From Hypanus sabinus (Eukaryota): 64,000 bases of DNA. Numbering within the stretch: position 1 is the stretch's first letter; the number at the start of each line of letters is the position of its first letter. The stretch spans positions 7,378,001 through 7,442,000 of the forward strand of contig NC_082736.1 of the NCBI RefSeq assembly GCF_030144855.1. Direction: 5' to 3'. Below, one piece after another: positions 49,832 through 63,860 of the stretch. Under the pieces are notes generated by a model. That model saw nothing but the letters and a program-made list of their open reading frames with translations, was not told the DNA's origin and searched no databases. The position numbers were made by a program, and so were the translations under genes.

Positions 49832-52025
49832 CTTAGGAGGCAGTGATCACAGTATCATTGAGTCCAACTTAAAATTGGACAGGGAGAGACATGGCAGTGT
49901 TTTAGTGGAGTAAAGCTAGGAACAGTGTTATGACAAAGGAGTCGGCTGAAGTAAATTGGAAGGAGATGCTGGCAGAGATGGCAGCTGAGCAGCAAAGGTG
50001 AGTTTCTGGGAAAAATGAGGGAGGTGCAGGATAAATGTATTGCAGAAACAAATAAATACTCAAATGGCAAAATAGTACAAACGTGGCTGACAAGGAAGTC
50101 AAAGCTAATGTAAAACGAAAAGGAAGGGCATACAACAAAGAAAAAAATTCAGTATACAAGGATTGGGAAGCGTCTAACACCTTACAGAGATAAAGAGGAT
50201 AAAGATTAAATCTGCAAGCAAGCTAGCAAATATTATCAAAGTGATTCGTTGAAGCTTTTTCAAGTATGCAAAACATAAAGGAGAGCTGAGACTGGATACT
50301 GGATTGCTAGAAAATCAAGCCAGAGGAACAATAATGGGGTGGTGGGGGGGGGGGGGGGGGGTGGAATGTGATGGCAGATGAACTAAATGAGTATTTGGCA
50401 TCAGTGGAAGTTACTAGTCATGTGCCAGATGTTGAAGGGAGTGAGGGGAGAGAAGGGAGTGCAGTTATTATTATAAGGGAAAGGTGTTCAAAAAGCTGAA
50501 AGACCTGAGGGTATATCAGTCACCTGGAGCAGATGAACTGGACCCTAGGATTCTGACAGAGGTAGCGGTAGAGATTGTGGATGCATTAGTAATGATCTTT
50601 CAAAATGCATTGGACACTGGCATGGTGCTAGGGGACTGGAAAATTGCAAATGTCACTCCACTCTTTAAGAAAGGAGGAAGGCGGCAGAAAGGAAATTATA
50701 GTCCAGTTAGTCTGACTTCAGTGGTTGGTAAGATGCTGGAGTTAATTGTTAAAGATGAGGTTATGGAGCATTGGAAACACAGGACAAGAAAGGGCAAAGT
50801 CAGCATGGTTTCCTTCAGGGGAAGTCTTGCCTGATGAACCTGTTGGAATTGTTTGAAGAGATTACACGCAGGATAAATAAAGGGGATGCAACGGATGTCA
50901 TATATTTGGACTTTCAAAAGTCCTTTGACAAAGTGCCACACACGAGGCTGCTTACCAAGTTAATAGCCCATGGTATTACAGGAAAGTTACTGGCGTGGTT
51001 AGAACATTGGCTGATTGGTAGAAAGCAGCATGTCAGCAAGTGGGAATAAAAGGATCCTTTCTGGTTGTCTGTCAGTGGGTAGTGGTGCTCCACAGGGGTC
51101 GGTGTTGGGACCACTTTTTATACTGTATATCAATGATTTAAATGATGGAACAGATGGATTTGTTGCAAGTTTGCAGATGACAAGAAGGGCAGGTACTGTT
51201 CAGGAAACAGGTAGGCTGCAGAAGTACTTTGACTGATTACGAGAATTGGCAAGACAATGGCAAAGGAAATACAATGTTGGAAAATGCATGGTCGTGCACT
51301 TTGGTAGTAGAAATAAATGTACAGACTAGTTTCCAAATAGGGAGAAAATCCAAAAATCTGAGATGCAAAGGGACTTGGGAGTCTTTGTGCAGACCACCCC
51401 AAAGATAACTTGCAGGTAGAGTCGGAGGTGAGGAAGACAAAAGCAATGTTAGCATTCACATCAAGCGGTTAGAATACAAGAGCAGGGATGTGATGCTGAG
51501 ACTTTATAAGGCATTGGTGAGGCCTCACCTTGAGGATTGTGAAGAGTTATGGGCTCCTCATCCAAGAAAAGATGTATTCGCACTGGAAAGGGTTCAGAAG
51601 AGGTTCACAAGGGTGATTCTGGGAATGAAACGGTTTTCATACGAGGAATATTTGATAGCTCTGGGTCTGTACTCACTGTAATTTAGGATGGGGGGGGGGA
51701 ATCTCTTTTCGAATGTTAAAAGACCTGGGGGCACAATCTCAGGATAGAGGGCTGTCCATTTAAAACAGAAATGCAGAGAAATTCCTTAGCCAGAGGATGG
51801 TGAATTAATGCAATTTATAGCCACAGGCTGCTGTGCACCCATGTCCTTGGGTGTATTTAAGGCAGAGCTTGATAGGCTCATGATTGGACACAGCATCCAA
51901 GTTTGCAAGGAGAAGACCAGGGAGTGGGGATGCAAAGGGCAAAAAGGGTCAGCCATGATTGAATGGGAGAGTAGACTCGACGGGCCAAATAGCCTAATTC
52001 TGCTGCTATGTCGTACGGTCTTATT
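49832..52025 (+). mobile_element. CR1 LINE (duplicate of 16620-18720)
   Basis: Same frameshifts and ORF breaks as the left-arm copy (METQDKKGQSQHGF vs METQNKRGQSQHGF). Confidence 0.9.
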
Positions 52026-52186
52026 CAGTAAATCCAAGAAAGACCACACCCAACAGGGTGGCCAAATCGCCAATGTGCAAACGACAATAACTTGTGTAAA
52101 TACAAGAGAGAAAATAATAATGTCATAATTAAATAAATAGAGAACATGAGATGCAGAATCCTTGAAAGTGAATTGGTAGATTGTGG

Positions 52187-52857
52187 GCACAAGGAAATCT
52201 GCAGATGCTGGAAATTCAAGCAACACACACAAAATGTTGGTGGAACACAGCAGACCAGGCAGCATCTATAAGGAGAAGCACTATCGAAGTTTCAGGCCGA
52301 GACCCTTCGTCAGGACTAACTGAAAGGAAAGATAGCAAGAGATTTGAAAGTAGCAGGGGGAGGGGAAAATGCAAAATGATAGGGGAAGACCGAGGGGGTG
52401 GGTTGAAGCTGAGGCCCGTAAAGGAGATTGGCAAAAGGGGTACAGAGCTGGAGAAGGGAAAGGATCATTGGACGGGAGGCCTAGGGAGAAACAAAGGGGG
52501 AGGGGAGCACCAGAGGGAGATGGAGAACAGGCAGAGTGATGGGCAGAAAGAGAGAAAACAAAAGGAGGGGGATAAACAACTAAATATATCAGGGACGGGG
52601 TAAGAAGTGGAGGAGGGGCATTAATGGAACTTGGAGATGTCAATGTTCATGCCATCAGGTTGGAGGCTACCCTGCCGGTATATAAGGTGTTGTTCCTCCA
52701 ACCTGAGTGTGGCTTCATCTTGACAGTAGAGGGTTGAGTATCTCTTATTATTTTCCTTTCAGTTAGTCCTGACAAAGGGTCTCAGCCCAAAACGTCAACA
52801 GTGCTTCTCCTTGTAGACGCTGCCTGGCCTGCTGTGTTCCACCAGCATTTTGTGCTT
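52187..52857 (-). mobile_element. 5'-truncated Penelope-like element with inverted pLTR
   Basis: 15-bp TSD attg(g/a)tagattgtgg (52172-52186 / 52858-52872). Minus strand 52620-52732 encodes LYCQDEATLRLEEQHLIYRQGSLQPDGMNIDISKFH*, the GIY-YIG C-terminus of PLEs. Hammerhead motifs at 52283-52316 (-) and 52766-52799 (+, core mutated). Confidence 0.88.
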
Positions 52858-53196
52858 ATTGATAGATTGTGGAAAATAGTTCTGCGGTGAGTTAAGTGAA
52901 ATTAAATGCAGTTATCTCCACTGGTTCTGGTTTATGGTGACATCAGTGAATCTCTTTTTCTGGTAAATGAATAGCCTGTAACTTCCCTTTCGACTTGGAG
53001 GCAATTTGATGTGGCAGAACCGACGTCACAGAAAGTGAGGAAGACCCTAAGTACGGTTCATTAAACTCCGGGCTGAAATGGAAAAGTCAGTTACAGACCA
53101 TATCGAGGTGGCGGGGACCAGGCCCCAGATTGTATCAAAGCGACTGAACCCAATGTTTGGAAAACGAGTTAGACGTGGGGCCAGATTGAAAAGGTC

Positions 53197-53879
53197 TACC
53201 ATTTCCTCAATTTGGAATATTGATTTACAACCTCATTTTATCACTGCAATTTTTGGTATACCAAATGAAGATGATAGTCGACTCTCCCCTTCAATTAGAC
53301 GAATGATTGCCTTTATAACATTAATGGCCAGGAGATCTATATTACAAAATTGGAAAGAAGTAAATCCTCCTACCATATCTCAGTGGTTCTCTCAAACTAT
53401 TTCTTGTTTAAGTTTAGAAAAAATTAGAAGTACTGTTTTTGATTCATCAATTAAATTTGAAGAAACTTGGGGACCGTTCATTCGACACTTTCATATGAAT
53501 TAATTTGGCTTCTTCCAGACCTTTACTCTTTTTATTCTTGTTCTGGTATGGACACCATCATATACATATAAACTATTATTATTGCCCATGTTAGTTTAGG
53601 TTTATATTTTTTTATATTTTTTTTTATTTCATAAATATACAGTTTTTTCTTGTATTCTATTTTTTTTTCTTTTGATGATTATTTCTAATCTTTTTCATGT
53701 ATAATCAATATAGATTTGATTGATTATTGTACGATCTTTTTTGCTGATAGTTTAATAAGATATTGTTATCTTGTTACTAATTTAACTCTAAGTCTAATGC
53801 ATTCATGACCTATTTAATATAATACTATGTTATGTTTTTTTTAATAAAAATTAATAGAAAGATTGAAAATGGAAAGAAA
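53197..53879 (+). mobile_element. 5'-truncated L1 LINE
   Basis: ORF2 C-terminus (..AIFGIP..AFITLMARRSILQNWK..PPTISQW..LSLEKIR..FEETWGPFI), AT-rich 3'UTR, 14-bp TSD agattgaaaaggtc (53183-53196 / 53880-53893); empty site in the left arm ~12160-12175. Confidence 0.9.
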
Positions 53880-55949
53880 AGATTGAAAAGGTCAGGTTGT
53901 TCTGCCCGAGGCCAGGGACAAGCCGGTTCAGCTCGCTACTCCACTCTGCACTGAACTAAGCATCTGTGCACAAACTCTCTTTGAGCATTTCAGTTCAAAA
54001 TGCTACAGAATTTGCTTGTGTTTATTGTTTGCAGGATTTGTCTTTCTTTCTGCACATTGGGTGTTTGATGGTCTTATTTTATTAGTGTGTTCTTTTGGCT
54101 CTCTTTGTTTCACGACAGCCTGTTTGAAACAAACCTCAAAGTTGTATAATGTATACGTACTTTAATAATAAATTTACTTTGAACAATGATTCAAAAACCT
54201 GATGCTTGAGGGATAAAATAAGGACAAAAAAATAAATAACTCAAAAGTGATTCTCTTTTAATTACAGGCCAGGATGCAGAAGAGCGGAAAACAACAAATA
54301 TTCTTCACCTTTTTAAGAATTGCAATAGGGACAAGCCGAAAAACTATATCCTGGTGACTCTTACATTAGTGGTAGGGATATCATAAATTGCTGATATTAC
54401 TAGAAAAGATATTTAATGATAAGATCAGCTTGCATCTGAAAAAGCATAAACAATTTCAGAGTAGCCAATATCGCTTTGCATGGGCAACGTCAACTCTTGC
54501 AAACATGGCCGAACGTTTTAAGTGACAAATTCAATTGATGAGAGCTGGGTAGTGGGTACAGGATACAAGGACTTTGGTAAAGCTTTCAACAAGAGTCCCA
54601 CAACAAGATCCACAGCTTGGAAGCACATGACTCAAAAGAAATTTGGTAGAATATATTCAAAATGTACTCAATCAGAGAACACAGAAGGTAATGGTTGAGG
54701 GGTGTGATTCTGACTGGACACCTGTGAACAGTGGGGCCCACAAGGAATCCTACTCTTTGTGAAATGATTTGGATGAAAATGAAGGAGGGCTGATTTGTTG
54801 GTCTGCAGAGACACAGAAATTGGTGCAGTTATGGATCGTGAGGAAAGTTGCCAAAGGATTCAGCAGAACATAGACCGGCTGGAAATGTGGGCAGAGAAAT
54901 GGGAGATAAGTGGGTGTACTCGTGGAAGTCAAATGTCAGAGGATTTCTTTGGAATTCCTCTCCCCATCAGAGTGGCTGGAATTACAGTTACGGCAGTGAC
55001 ATGCTCCACCTCAGGATGTGGGAGTCACTCAGTGTCCCCGATAACTTCACATGGGGGAAGTGCACTGAGGTGCAGCTCCTGACTGACCGTGTGAAGGAAA
55101 TGAAGATGGAGATGGACAGACCGAGAGTTTCCAGGATGCTGAGACCAGAGATTCACGAGTTGGTCACAACCGACGTCAGGCTGCAGATTGTTGGGTGACC
55201 ACCATGACGGAAAGGGGAAGAGACAGACAGAGGAATGTCTCCCTGTGGCCGTGACCCTCAGCAACAAGTACACTCCTTTGGATACCCCTGGGATGACAAA
55301 CCAGAGACAGCAGCCCGCCAGGTCGGTGGTACTGAGACCCCAGACCGATGCTCCGCAGGAGGAAAGGTCAAGCAGAGCAGTGATGACAGCAGACTCACGG
55401 TACAGGGGATGTGCAGGAGATTCTGTGGCAGCCACAGAGATGACACGATGGTGTGTCGCCTCCTGGGTACTGGGGACAGGTCCGTCTCAGATGTGCAGGA
55501 TTTCCTAACGATAAACTTGCCAGTCGAGTCAGTGGTAAGGAAACCAAATGTCGGCATTCATTTAGAGAGGACTACAATACAAAAGCAAGGATGTAAGCAT
55601 TGGTCCGATCACACTTGGAGTATTGTGAACTGTTTTGGGCCTCTTATCTAAAAAGCTACATGCTCGCATCGGAGAGGGTCCAGAGGAAGTTCACAAAAAT
55701 GATCCTGGCAATAAAAGGGTTAATGCACGGGGATTGTTTGATGGCTCTGGGCCGGTTGTCTCTGGACTTTAGAAGGACGAGGGAATCTCATTCAAACAGA
55801 TCAAATATTGAAAGGCCTAGAATGGAGTGGGGAGGGAGCTTCCGATAGTGTCTAGGAACACAGGGCACAGCCTCACAATACTAGGACAATACTGTTAGAA
55901 CAAAGATAAGGAGCAATTTCCTTAGTAAAGAGCAGTGAATCTGTGTAGC

Positions 55950-57410
55950 CTATGTCAGGACGTTGCTCATTGACTAGAGCTCAACGTTTAACACCATCAT
56001 TCCCACAGTCCTGATCAATAAGCTACAGAACCTGGTCCCTCTGCAAATGGATCCTCGACTTCCCAACCGGGAAACCAGTCTGTGCGGATTAGTGATAATC
56101 CACACAGATTGTGTGGAGATATGGAGATGGGCTAACCCCTATTGACATCGATGGATCTGGGGTTGAGAGGGTAAACAGCTTTAAATTCCTCGGCATCAAC
56201 ATACCCGAGGATCTCGCGTGGGCTGTACGTACCTGCTGTGTGCTGAAAAAGGCACAACAGCGCCTCGTTCACTTCCCAAATCCTAAGAACTTTCTACAGG
56301 GGCATAATTGGGAGCATCCCGACTGGCTGCATCACTGCCTGGTATGGGAACTGTACCTCCCTTAATTGCAACACAGCCCAGCGCATCTGTTGTTGTCAAC
56401 TTCCCATGATTCAGGACATTGACAAAGAGAGGCGTGAGAAAAGGGCCCGAGGGATCATTGTGGACCCCAGTCACCCCAAGCACAATCTATTCCAGCAGCA
56501 ACAATCCAGGAAACGGTACCACAGCACAAAAGACAGAACCAACAGGCTTCTGGATAGCTCCTTTGACCAAGCCATCAGGCTGATTAACTCACGCTGATTT
56601 GAGGGTACCTCTCTGTTACACTGGCTTTTCTATTTATTATCAAATATTATAAATCACTATGATTGCACATTACATATTTAGATGGAGACATAACGTAGAT
56701 TTTTACACCTCATGTATGTGAAGGATGACAGAAATAATGCCAATTCAAATTCAACTATCTCCTCTCCTCTGAAGATCAACACTGCTCTGGTGCACCTCCA
56801 GGACGTGTGCTTAGCCAACTGCTCTACTCTCTCTAAACCCATGACTATGTGAAGAAATCTCACTCAAATGCAATCTATAAATATGCCTCATACAACCATT
56901 GATAGTAGAATCTCAGATGGAGATGATTGGACATACAGGAGTGGGATATACCAGCTAGTTGAGTGGTGTCACAGCAACAACCTTGTGCTTAATGTCAGTA
57001 AGACAAAACAGCTGATTGAAGGAAGGGTAAGACGAGGGAACATCCCTCATAGAGGGATCAGAAGTGGACAGTGAACAATTTCAAGTTCCTGGGTATCAAT
57101 ATCTCTGAGGATCTATTGATGCAGCTACAGTATAAAGAAGGCAAGACAGCGTATATATTTCATCAGGAGCGTGAAGATATTTGGTTTGTCACTTTAAAAC
57201 ACCCAAAAACTGCTGAAGATGTATTCTAAATATTATTTATAATATTTCTGTTTTTGCACTTTTTTAATCCACTTAATATTCATATCCATATACATATATA
57301 CAGTAATGTATTTATTGTTTCTATTTTATCAAGTCCTGCATTGAACTGCTGCTGCTAAATTAACAAATTTCCAGACTCCTGCCAGTGGTAATAAACCTGA
57401 TTCTGGTCCT
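55950..57410 (+). mobile_element. Rex1/Babar-like LINE remnants
   Basis: DGLTPIDIDGSGVERVNSFKFLGINIPEDLAW; IIVDPSHPKHNLFQ..S.KRY..TNRLLDS. Confidence 0.75.
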
Positions 57411-59219
57411 GACTCTGAATTCCTCCCCACAGACGGATGTGGCCAATTCACTGGGTATATTTAATGTGGAGGTTCTCGATTTTTGGGGGGCGGGGGGCGG
57501 GATAAGAGTGTTTGAGAGGGTTAAGAGATCTGTCATGATCTCTTACTCCTGGCAGAATGGTGCAGCAGACAGGATGGGCCAAATGGCCTAATTCTGCTGC
57601 TGTGTCTTATGGTCCGATGGTCTCGGAGCAGCTGCAGGACATTTCAAAGGGAAGGCTGAGCAGCCGGACATCGGGGTGGACGGTGCATGTTGGTAATAGC
57701 AACGCAGGGATACGAGGGTTGTGTCCTGTGTAGTAAATTTAGAGAAATCAGACAGAAACTAAAAAGTAGTAAGCTCTGTATTACTCCCAGTGACACTTGT
57801 TAGTAGGGGGAGATATAGAGAGATACCAGTGATGAACGTGCGACTCAGGAGCTGGTGCAGGGGACAGAGTGCCAGTTTCATGGATCAATGGGACATCTTC
57901 TAGGGATGGGTAGGCAGAAACTGTTCACTCCACAGGGTCTTTTAGGGAAGCAACAGTTTTCTCCGTACTAAAAGTGCACGGTTTAGTTTTGATGTGACAG
58001 GGTGGACATTGAAAGGGAATCTGAAGGGTGAGTTGCTGGAGGTGAATAAAATTACATGAGACATACAAAGGTTAGAGAAGCAGAGGCTGTTTCCAGTGGT
58101 GTGGCTGTCTGAAGCTAAAGGGAATAGTTGTAAGGTAAGAGGGTGTGTTTAAAGGTGATCTGAAGGGTAAATATTTGACACAGAGAATAGCTGGAATCCC
58201 AAATAAGCTGCCAGAGGAGGTGGTGGAGACAAAGGCACACAAAGTCTCTGTTCCTGAACACTTCCCTGGAACCTGTCATTACTGTGTTCATCCTGCCCTG
58301 GTTTAACTTCCCAATGCTGGGTCCATTGTTGTTTTCCATCTGTATAAACGATCTGGATGAGAATGTAGTAAACTGGATCAGTAAGTCTGTGGATGACAAC
58401 AAGATTAGGGGTATGATGAACAGTAAAGCCGGCTAACAAATCTGGATGTGGAATGCGGACCAGCTGGCAAAATGAAGTTGGTTACAATCTGAAGCACACT
58501 TCCTGAGGGAGAGGTGCAGGCTGGTATTTAAGGAACATCTGGCTGAACATTTGAATCACCAGGACAGGGTAGGAGACAGACCAAGTGCTGAGTTAATGGA
58601 GACAGATTCTCGATGGTCAGTAAAGACATGGAGAAACCACAGACTGTGTAAGTTCAGTGGGAACCTGGAACACAGAACTTCAGGATGGATTTACCTAAAA
58701 CACTCAGAACCCAATACGATGGATTTTTGTTGGACAAAGGTATTAATGCATTAGGGTTAATAGTGAATCAAACACCTCAAAAGGCTATCAAAATGCACCC
58801 ATTCCCTGTTCACCAGTAACAGGACTTTAAAATGGGAATTTGATGAAGAACACTGGTTAGTATTAGGAGAGATGGAGGACAGCTTGGTCACAATGGAACG
58901 GTGCAAGTATTTTCTCAGAGGATAAGGGGTTCAGTGGAACAAGCTCACAGCTGAGAATGAAGGTAACAAACCCCACTGCAGTGGAGGACTGCTGTTGCCC
59001 TGGTTGAACCGCCCAGAATAGAGTCAGTGATTTCTACAGAACTGAAACCGTCCCTTCGGTAAAACTCATCCACGCCGACCAAGTTGTCGACCTGAACTCG
59101 TCCCATCCGCCTGCATTAGGCCCGTGTCCCTCTCAACCTTTCCTATCCACGTAACTGTGCAAATATGGTTTGAATATTGTACCTGAGGCAGAGAGCCGGT
59201 GCGGTGAGGCGCTGACAGA

Positions 59220-59530
59220 CACCCACTGTTCCGAGGGCAGGAAGAGGAGAGGCCGATTCCCACAGTGGAGCCGAAACCCAAAGTAGAGACCGACTCCACT
59301 TTACCACAACCCCGTGCCCACCATTCCGCACCGTTCCCTAGGAAACGACGTCGGTGACGTACATCTATGACGTCACATCGTCACAGATAGGCATACGCGC
59401 ATGATATCACGTGACGCGTTGCCAACAGACCTGGAGGCGGGACACAGACACCTGTCAATCAGTGGAGTCGTTGAGAAACTGCAAGCATTGTAACAGAGTG
59501 GGTGCAGAGGGGCATTTCCGGGAACAGTGA
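59220..59530 (-). promoter_or_regulatory. CpG-rich promoter-like module, copy B
   Basis: X-box GTTCCCTAGGAAAC 59333-59346, full CRE TGACGTCA 59368-59375, E-box TCACGTGA 59407-59414, TTCCGGGAA 59516-59524. Confidence 0.62.
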
Positions 59531-60129
59531 CCCAACCCCCCCACCCACGGGAATTGAATGTGTTATAATAAGTAATATTCACATTTTAATTTGACTCTTC
59601 GGTCGTATAAATATTTAATATTTGTATTTTTTTACTTTTGTGTGGATAATCTTTTATAATTTGGGATAGAAAAACGTTGTAACTGGATCACTGAACCCTT
59701 TATGAAAAAAGAACGTTACGGAAAAATATTGTCAAAGTCAACATTTTAATCCAAAGTAATTTAATAGAAGCAGAGAAAACCTACAGCACCAAACAGGACT
59801 TTCGGCCCACAATGTTGTGACGAACATGTCCTTACTTTAGGAATTACTGGGCTTACCTATCGAAAAGTCTCTGAAAAGACCCTATTGTATCTGCCTCCAC
59901 CACCGTTGCGGGCAGCCCATTCCACGCACTCACCACTCTCTGAGTAAAAAACTTACCCCTGACATCTCTGTACCTGCTCCCCAGCACCTTAACCTGTGTC
60001 CTCTTGTTGCAGCCAGTTCAGCCCTGAGAAAAAGCCTCTGACTGTCCACACGATCGATGCCTCTCATCATCTTGTACACCTTGGGCCTAAAGGAAACGAT
60101 GCTGACTTTGTCCTATTTTATCATGTGTC

Positions 60130-62080
60130 GCCAAGTAGCACGAAAATACATCGAGTCCATCATCTTCCCCACCACTGAGGTCATAATGACTGGCCTATGA
60201 TTTCCTCTCGTCTGCTCTTCTCCCTCCTTCAAGAGTGGAATAATGTTTGCAATTTTCCTCTTCTCCAGGACCACGCCAGAATACAGGGATTATAGAAAGA
60301 TTATTACTAAAATTTCCACTATCTCTTCAGTCACCTCTTTCATAGCACTGGTGTAGAAAATCCCGTCCAGCTGATTTATCTACCTTCAGATCTTTCAGTT
60401 TCCCAAGCAGCTTTTCCACAGTAAAGGCCAATTCACTCATTTCTGCCCCCTGATTCTCCTGAATTTCCAGCAGACTGCCAGTGTCTTCCACAGTGAAGAC
60501 TGATGCACAATACGTATTCAGCTTCTCTGCCACTTCCCTGTATCCCATTACTACGTCTCCAGCATCATCTACTTTTGCCTCTTTTTTACACTTTGTATAT
60601 CTAAAGAGACATCTGGTATCCTTTTTAATACTAATGGCTAGCTAACCTTCGTATTTCTTCTTTTCCCTCTCAATGACTTTTTTTTAGTCGGTTTCAAAGT
60701 TTTGTAAATCGTATAACTGAGTGTCAGGGACGTCTCCGAGCAGCTGCTGAACAATGTTCACTCAGCCAGAGGTGGTGGTTCACGTCAGTAGCAGTGGACA
60801 GGTAGAAAAGAGATGAGGTCCCACAGTGAATATAGAGAGTTAGGGAACAAGTTAAAGAGCAGGACCTGAAAGGTTATAGTTTTTGTGTTACTCCCAATGC
60901 TCTGTGGTAGTTCGGGTGGGAACAGAAAGTTAGAGCAGATGAATGTGTGGCTGAGGAGCTGGTGCAGGGACAGGGTTTCAGGATTCCAGAACACTGGAAC
61001 GTCTTCAGGTCCAGAGGTGACATTTACGGGGGCGGGGGTGGGGGTGGTTTGCACCTTCACGGGGGGAGGGGGGGGGGTCAGAATCATGAGGTTCATTGTT
61101 GTTCCCTGGGAGGGTTGAAATGAGATTGACAGGGGGATGTGAACCAGAACACCAGTCACTGAATGGAGAGATTGATGCCAAGTTTGATGCTTAATACTGT
61201 AAGGATGCATTTTGAGGCAAATCCTCATCTGACATGAGTTTGTTTAAAGACCAGCTGCACAGTGATTCAGGGCCAGTTTCTTCCTGTAAGGGAGAGGGCC
61301 CAAGATGGCAAGGTTCAGGAACCTTGGATGATGAGAGAGGAAGAAAATTTAGTCAAGGAAGAGTGAGAAGCTTATGTAAGGCTTAGGAAGCTGGAATCAA
61401 ACAGGGGGTTTGAGGACGATATTTAAAACACAGAAGGGAACACAAGAACATTTGGAGAGTGAGAAACAGTGATGAAAAATCTCTGGTGAGCAGGATTAAA
61501 GATAACCCCACTGCATTCTGTACATTCATTGTGGTGAAAAGGATACCCAGGGGTGCACGTCCAACATAAAGCGTGGGTACACAGGTAATGGCAGGAACAT
61601 TAACATACAGAAGGATGCTGGGTCCGGGCAGATTGGTTCCCTGAAACTGGGAGCACAGGTTGACAGGGTGGTAAAGCCGGTGTACGGCATGTTTGCCTTC
61701 ACCGGGCAAGGCATTGAGTTCAATCACCAGGACATCATGTTACAGTTTATAAAATGCTGGTTCGGCCACACTGAGAGCACAGTGTTCAGTTCCGGTCACC
61801 TCATTCTAGGAAGCATGTGGAGGTTTCGGTGCAGGTGCAGAAGTTGTTAAGCAGGATGTCTGGAGGAGGAGTGAGGTGAGGAGAGGATCGACATGCTGGA
61901 GCTTTTTCCTCTGGAGTGGCGTCAGCTCAGGAGAGATCTGACAGAAATTTATACAATTTTGCTGGTGTACATTGTCAGGGGTGGTGTCAGAGGCAGAGAG
62001 CACAGGGGTATTTAGGGAAGTCTTAAACAGACAGGAATTTGGAGAGAAGTGACTGGCAGGAGATACAGAAGCCTGCAGGC
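60130..62080. mobile_element. Patchwork of old CR1 fragments on both strands
   Basis: VAEKLNTYCASVFTVED (minus); RKLEQMNVWLRSWCR ORF1 and YGMFAFTGQGIEF ORF2 (plus). Confidence 0.7.
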
Positions 62081-62787
62081 ACACTCAGCGATTCAGGAAC
62101 AGCTTCTTCCCCTCTGCCATCCGATTCCTAAATGGACATTAAAACTATGGACACTACCTCACTTTTTTAATGTACGGTATTTGTTTTTTTACGTTTTTTT
62201 TTAAAATAACAGTCAATATACGTAACTGATTTACTTGTTTCTTTATTATGTTTTATTTTAATTAATAATTTTATAATTATCTTCTAGATTATGTATGACA
62301 TTGAACTGCTGCGGCTGAGTTAACAAATTTCACGTCACATGCCGGTGATAATAAACTTGATTCTGAAATGTAAAACGCAAATGTTATTTTTCTGTGAGGC
62401 GATGGGAATCGCTCATGAAGCAACGAACAGGCAATGTTCCCTCCTTCTGCACACCGGAACGGTCCGGAGTCAACCCGTAATGTGGAACCCAGACAACGCG
62501 GTTCTAGGTGATGAAGAGCGGAGTCGTTCAGTGATCGGAGATTAAATTCTCCCTCTCGGGGCTGACTCCGGAAGTACATTTCATGAACCCGCTGACTCTC
62601 TGCAAGGGGAGAGAGCTCATTCGGTCTGCTGAAAGGGGAAAACAAGCCGGGACTGAAACGAACCGGTTTCTGTGCAGATTTATTCCAGTTTCTTTCGCGG
62701 AAGAAACATGTCGAGGCACTGACAGATGCAGGATATCAAACCGACGGATAGAACCCGCCGCTCAGCCCTTCCACAGACATTGTAAGT

Positions 62788-62803
62788 GGCTCTGTAAAGA
62801 GCC
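62788..62803 (-). terminator. Histone 3' stem-loop (H2A), variant loop
   Basis: Minus strand GGCTCT-TTAC-AGAGCC-ACTTA, HDE gtggaagggctga. Confidence 0.88.
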
Positions 62804-62833
62804 TTTGGAGAATTAGATTCAGCTTACGTCGCT

Positions 62834-63259
<426 letters not shown>

Positions 63260-63280
63260 TCACCCCGCCCCAACTTGCCC

Positions 63281-63475
63281 TTTTTATACCCTCTTTGAGA
63301 ATGCAAAGTGATGTTTGTGATTGGTGTGATCCTTCTTATTCTCATTGGTGAAGACAAATGTCCCAATCGAAGAACTGCCTTAATCACCAATCAGCAGTCC
63401 GTAAAAGTAGAAGCGGGGAAAATAACCGTCTCCTCCACAAAATGTACTGAAATCTGGAAAAAAGCCCGCCAAAAA
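63281..63475 (-). promoter_or_regulatory. H2A promoter
   Basis: TATAAAAA (minus) 63281-63288; ATTGG 63320 and 63344; CCAAT 63363 and 63387; E2F-like cccgccaaaa ~63465. Confidence 0.8.
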
Positions 63476-63649
63476 TAAATCTATTGTTCAAATTTAATTT
63501 CCAGTTAAATAATTGCAGATCGGTTACCCTCTGTTACTGAAACCGGGCATATTTGATTTAAGTGTAGTTGATATTGGAGTGTCTGGGAACTCAATTCTCT
63601 AATTTCTTTCAACCCGTAACGGAACCTAATAAAACTGACCCTCAGCTTC

Positions 63650-63691
63650 AGGTTATGGAAAGGTTATGGAAAGGTTATCAGGTTATGGAAA
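63650..63691 (+). repeat. Short tandem repeat (aggttatggaa) x ~4
   Basis: aggttatggaaaggttatggaaaggttatcaggttatggaaa. Confidence 0.85.
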
Positions 63692-63759
63692 ACGGTTCTT
63701 CTCAAACTTTGACCAGCGTCTAGTCTGCAATTTTATAAAGTTATTATATGAAAGAGCCA

Positions 63760-63860
63760 TCACGAGGAAAGCTGTAGATGCGGCAAATTCAAGCAACACA
63801 CAAAATGCTGGTGGAACCCAGCAGGCCAGGCAGCATCTATAAGAGAAGGACTGTCGACAC
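63760..63860 (-). mobile_element. Penelope pLTR fragment ending near the hammerhead cleavage site
   Basis: cacgaggaaagctgtagatgc...gcagcatctataagagaaggactgtcgacac; the hammerhead core is absent. Confidence 0.75.

Larger units (their letters stand above)
49832..60081 (-). repeat. Right arm of the inverted segmental duplication
   Basis: Reverse complement of ~7383-18720. Lacks the Gypsy element (empty site ~52115-52130); has private PLE and L1 insertions. Confidence 0.92.

Noticed and set aside
53078-53503. 141-aa ORF as a novel chimeric gene
   Set aside because: Chance in-frame fusion of flank with an L1 ORF2 C-terminus inserted at 53197 (TSD visible); absent from the left arm
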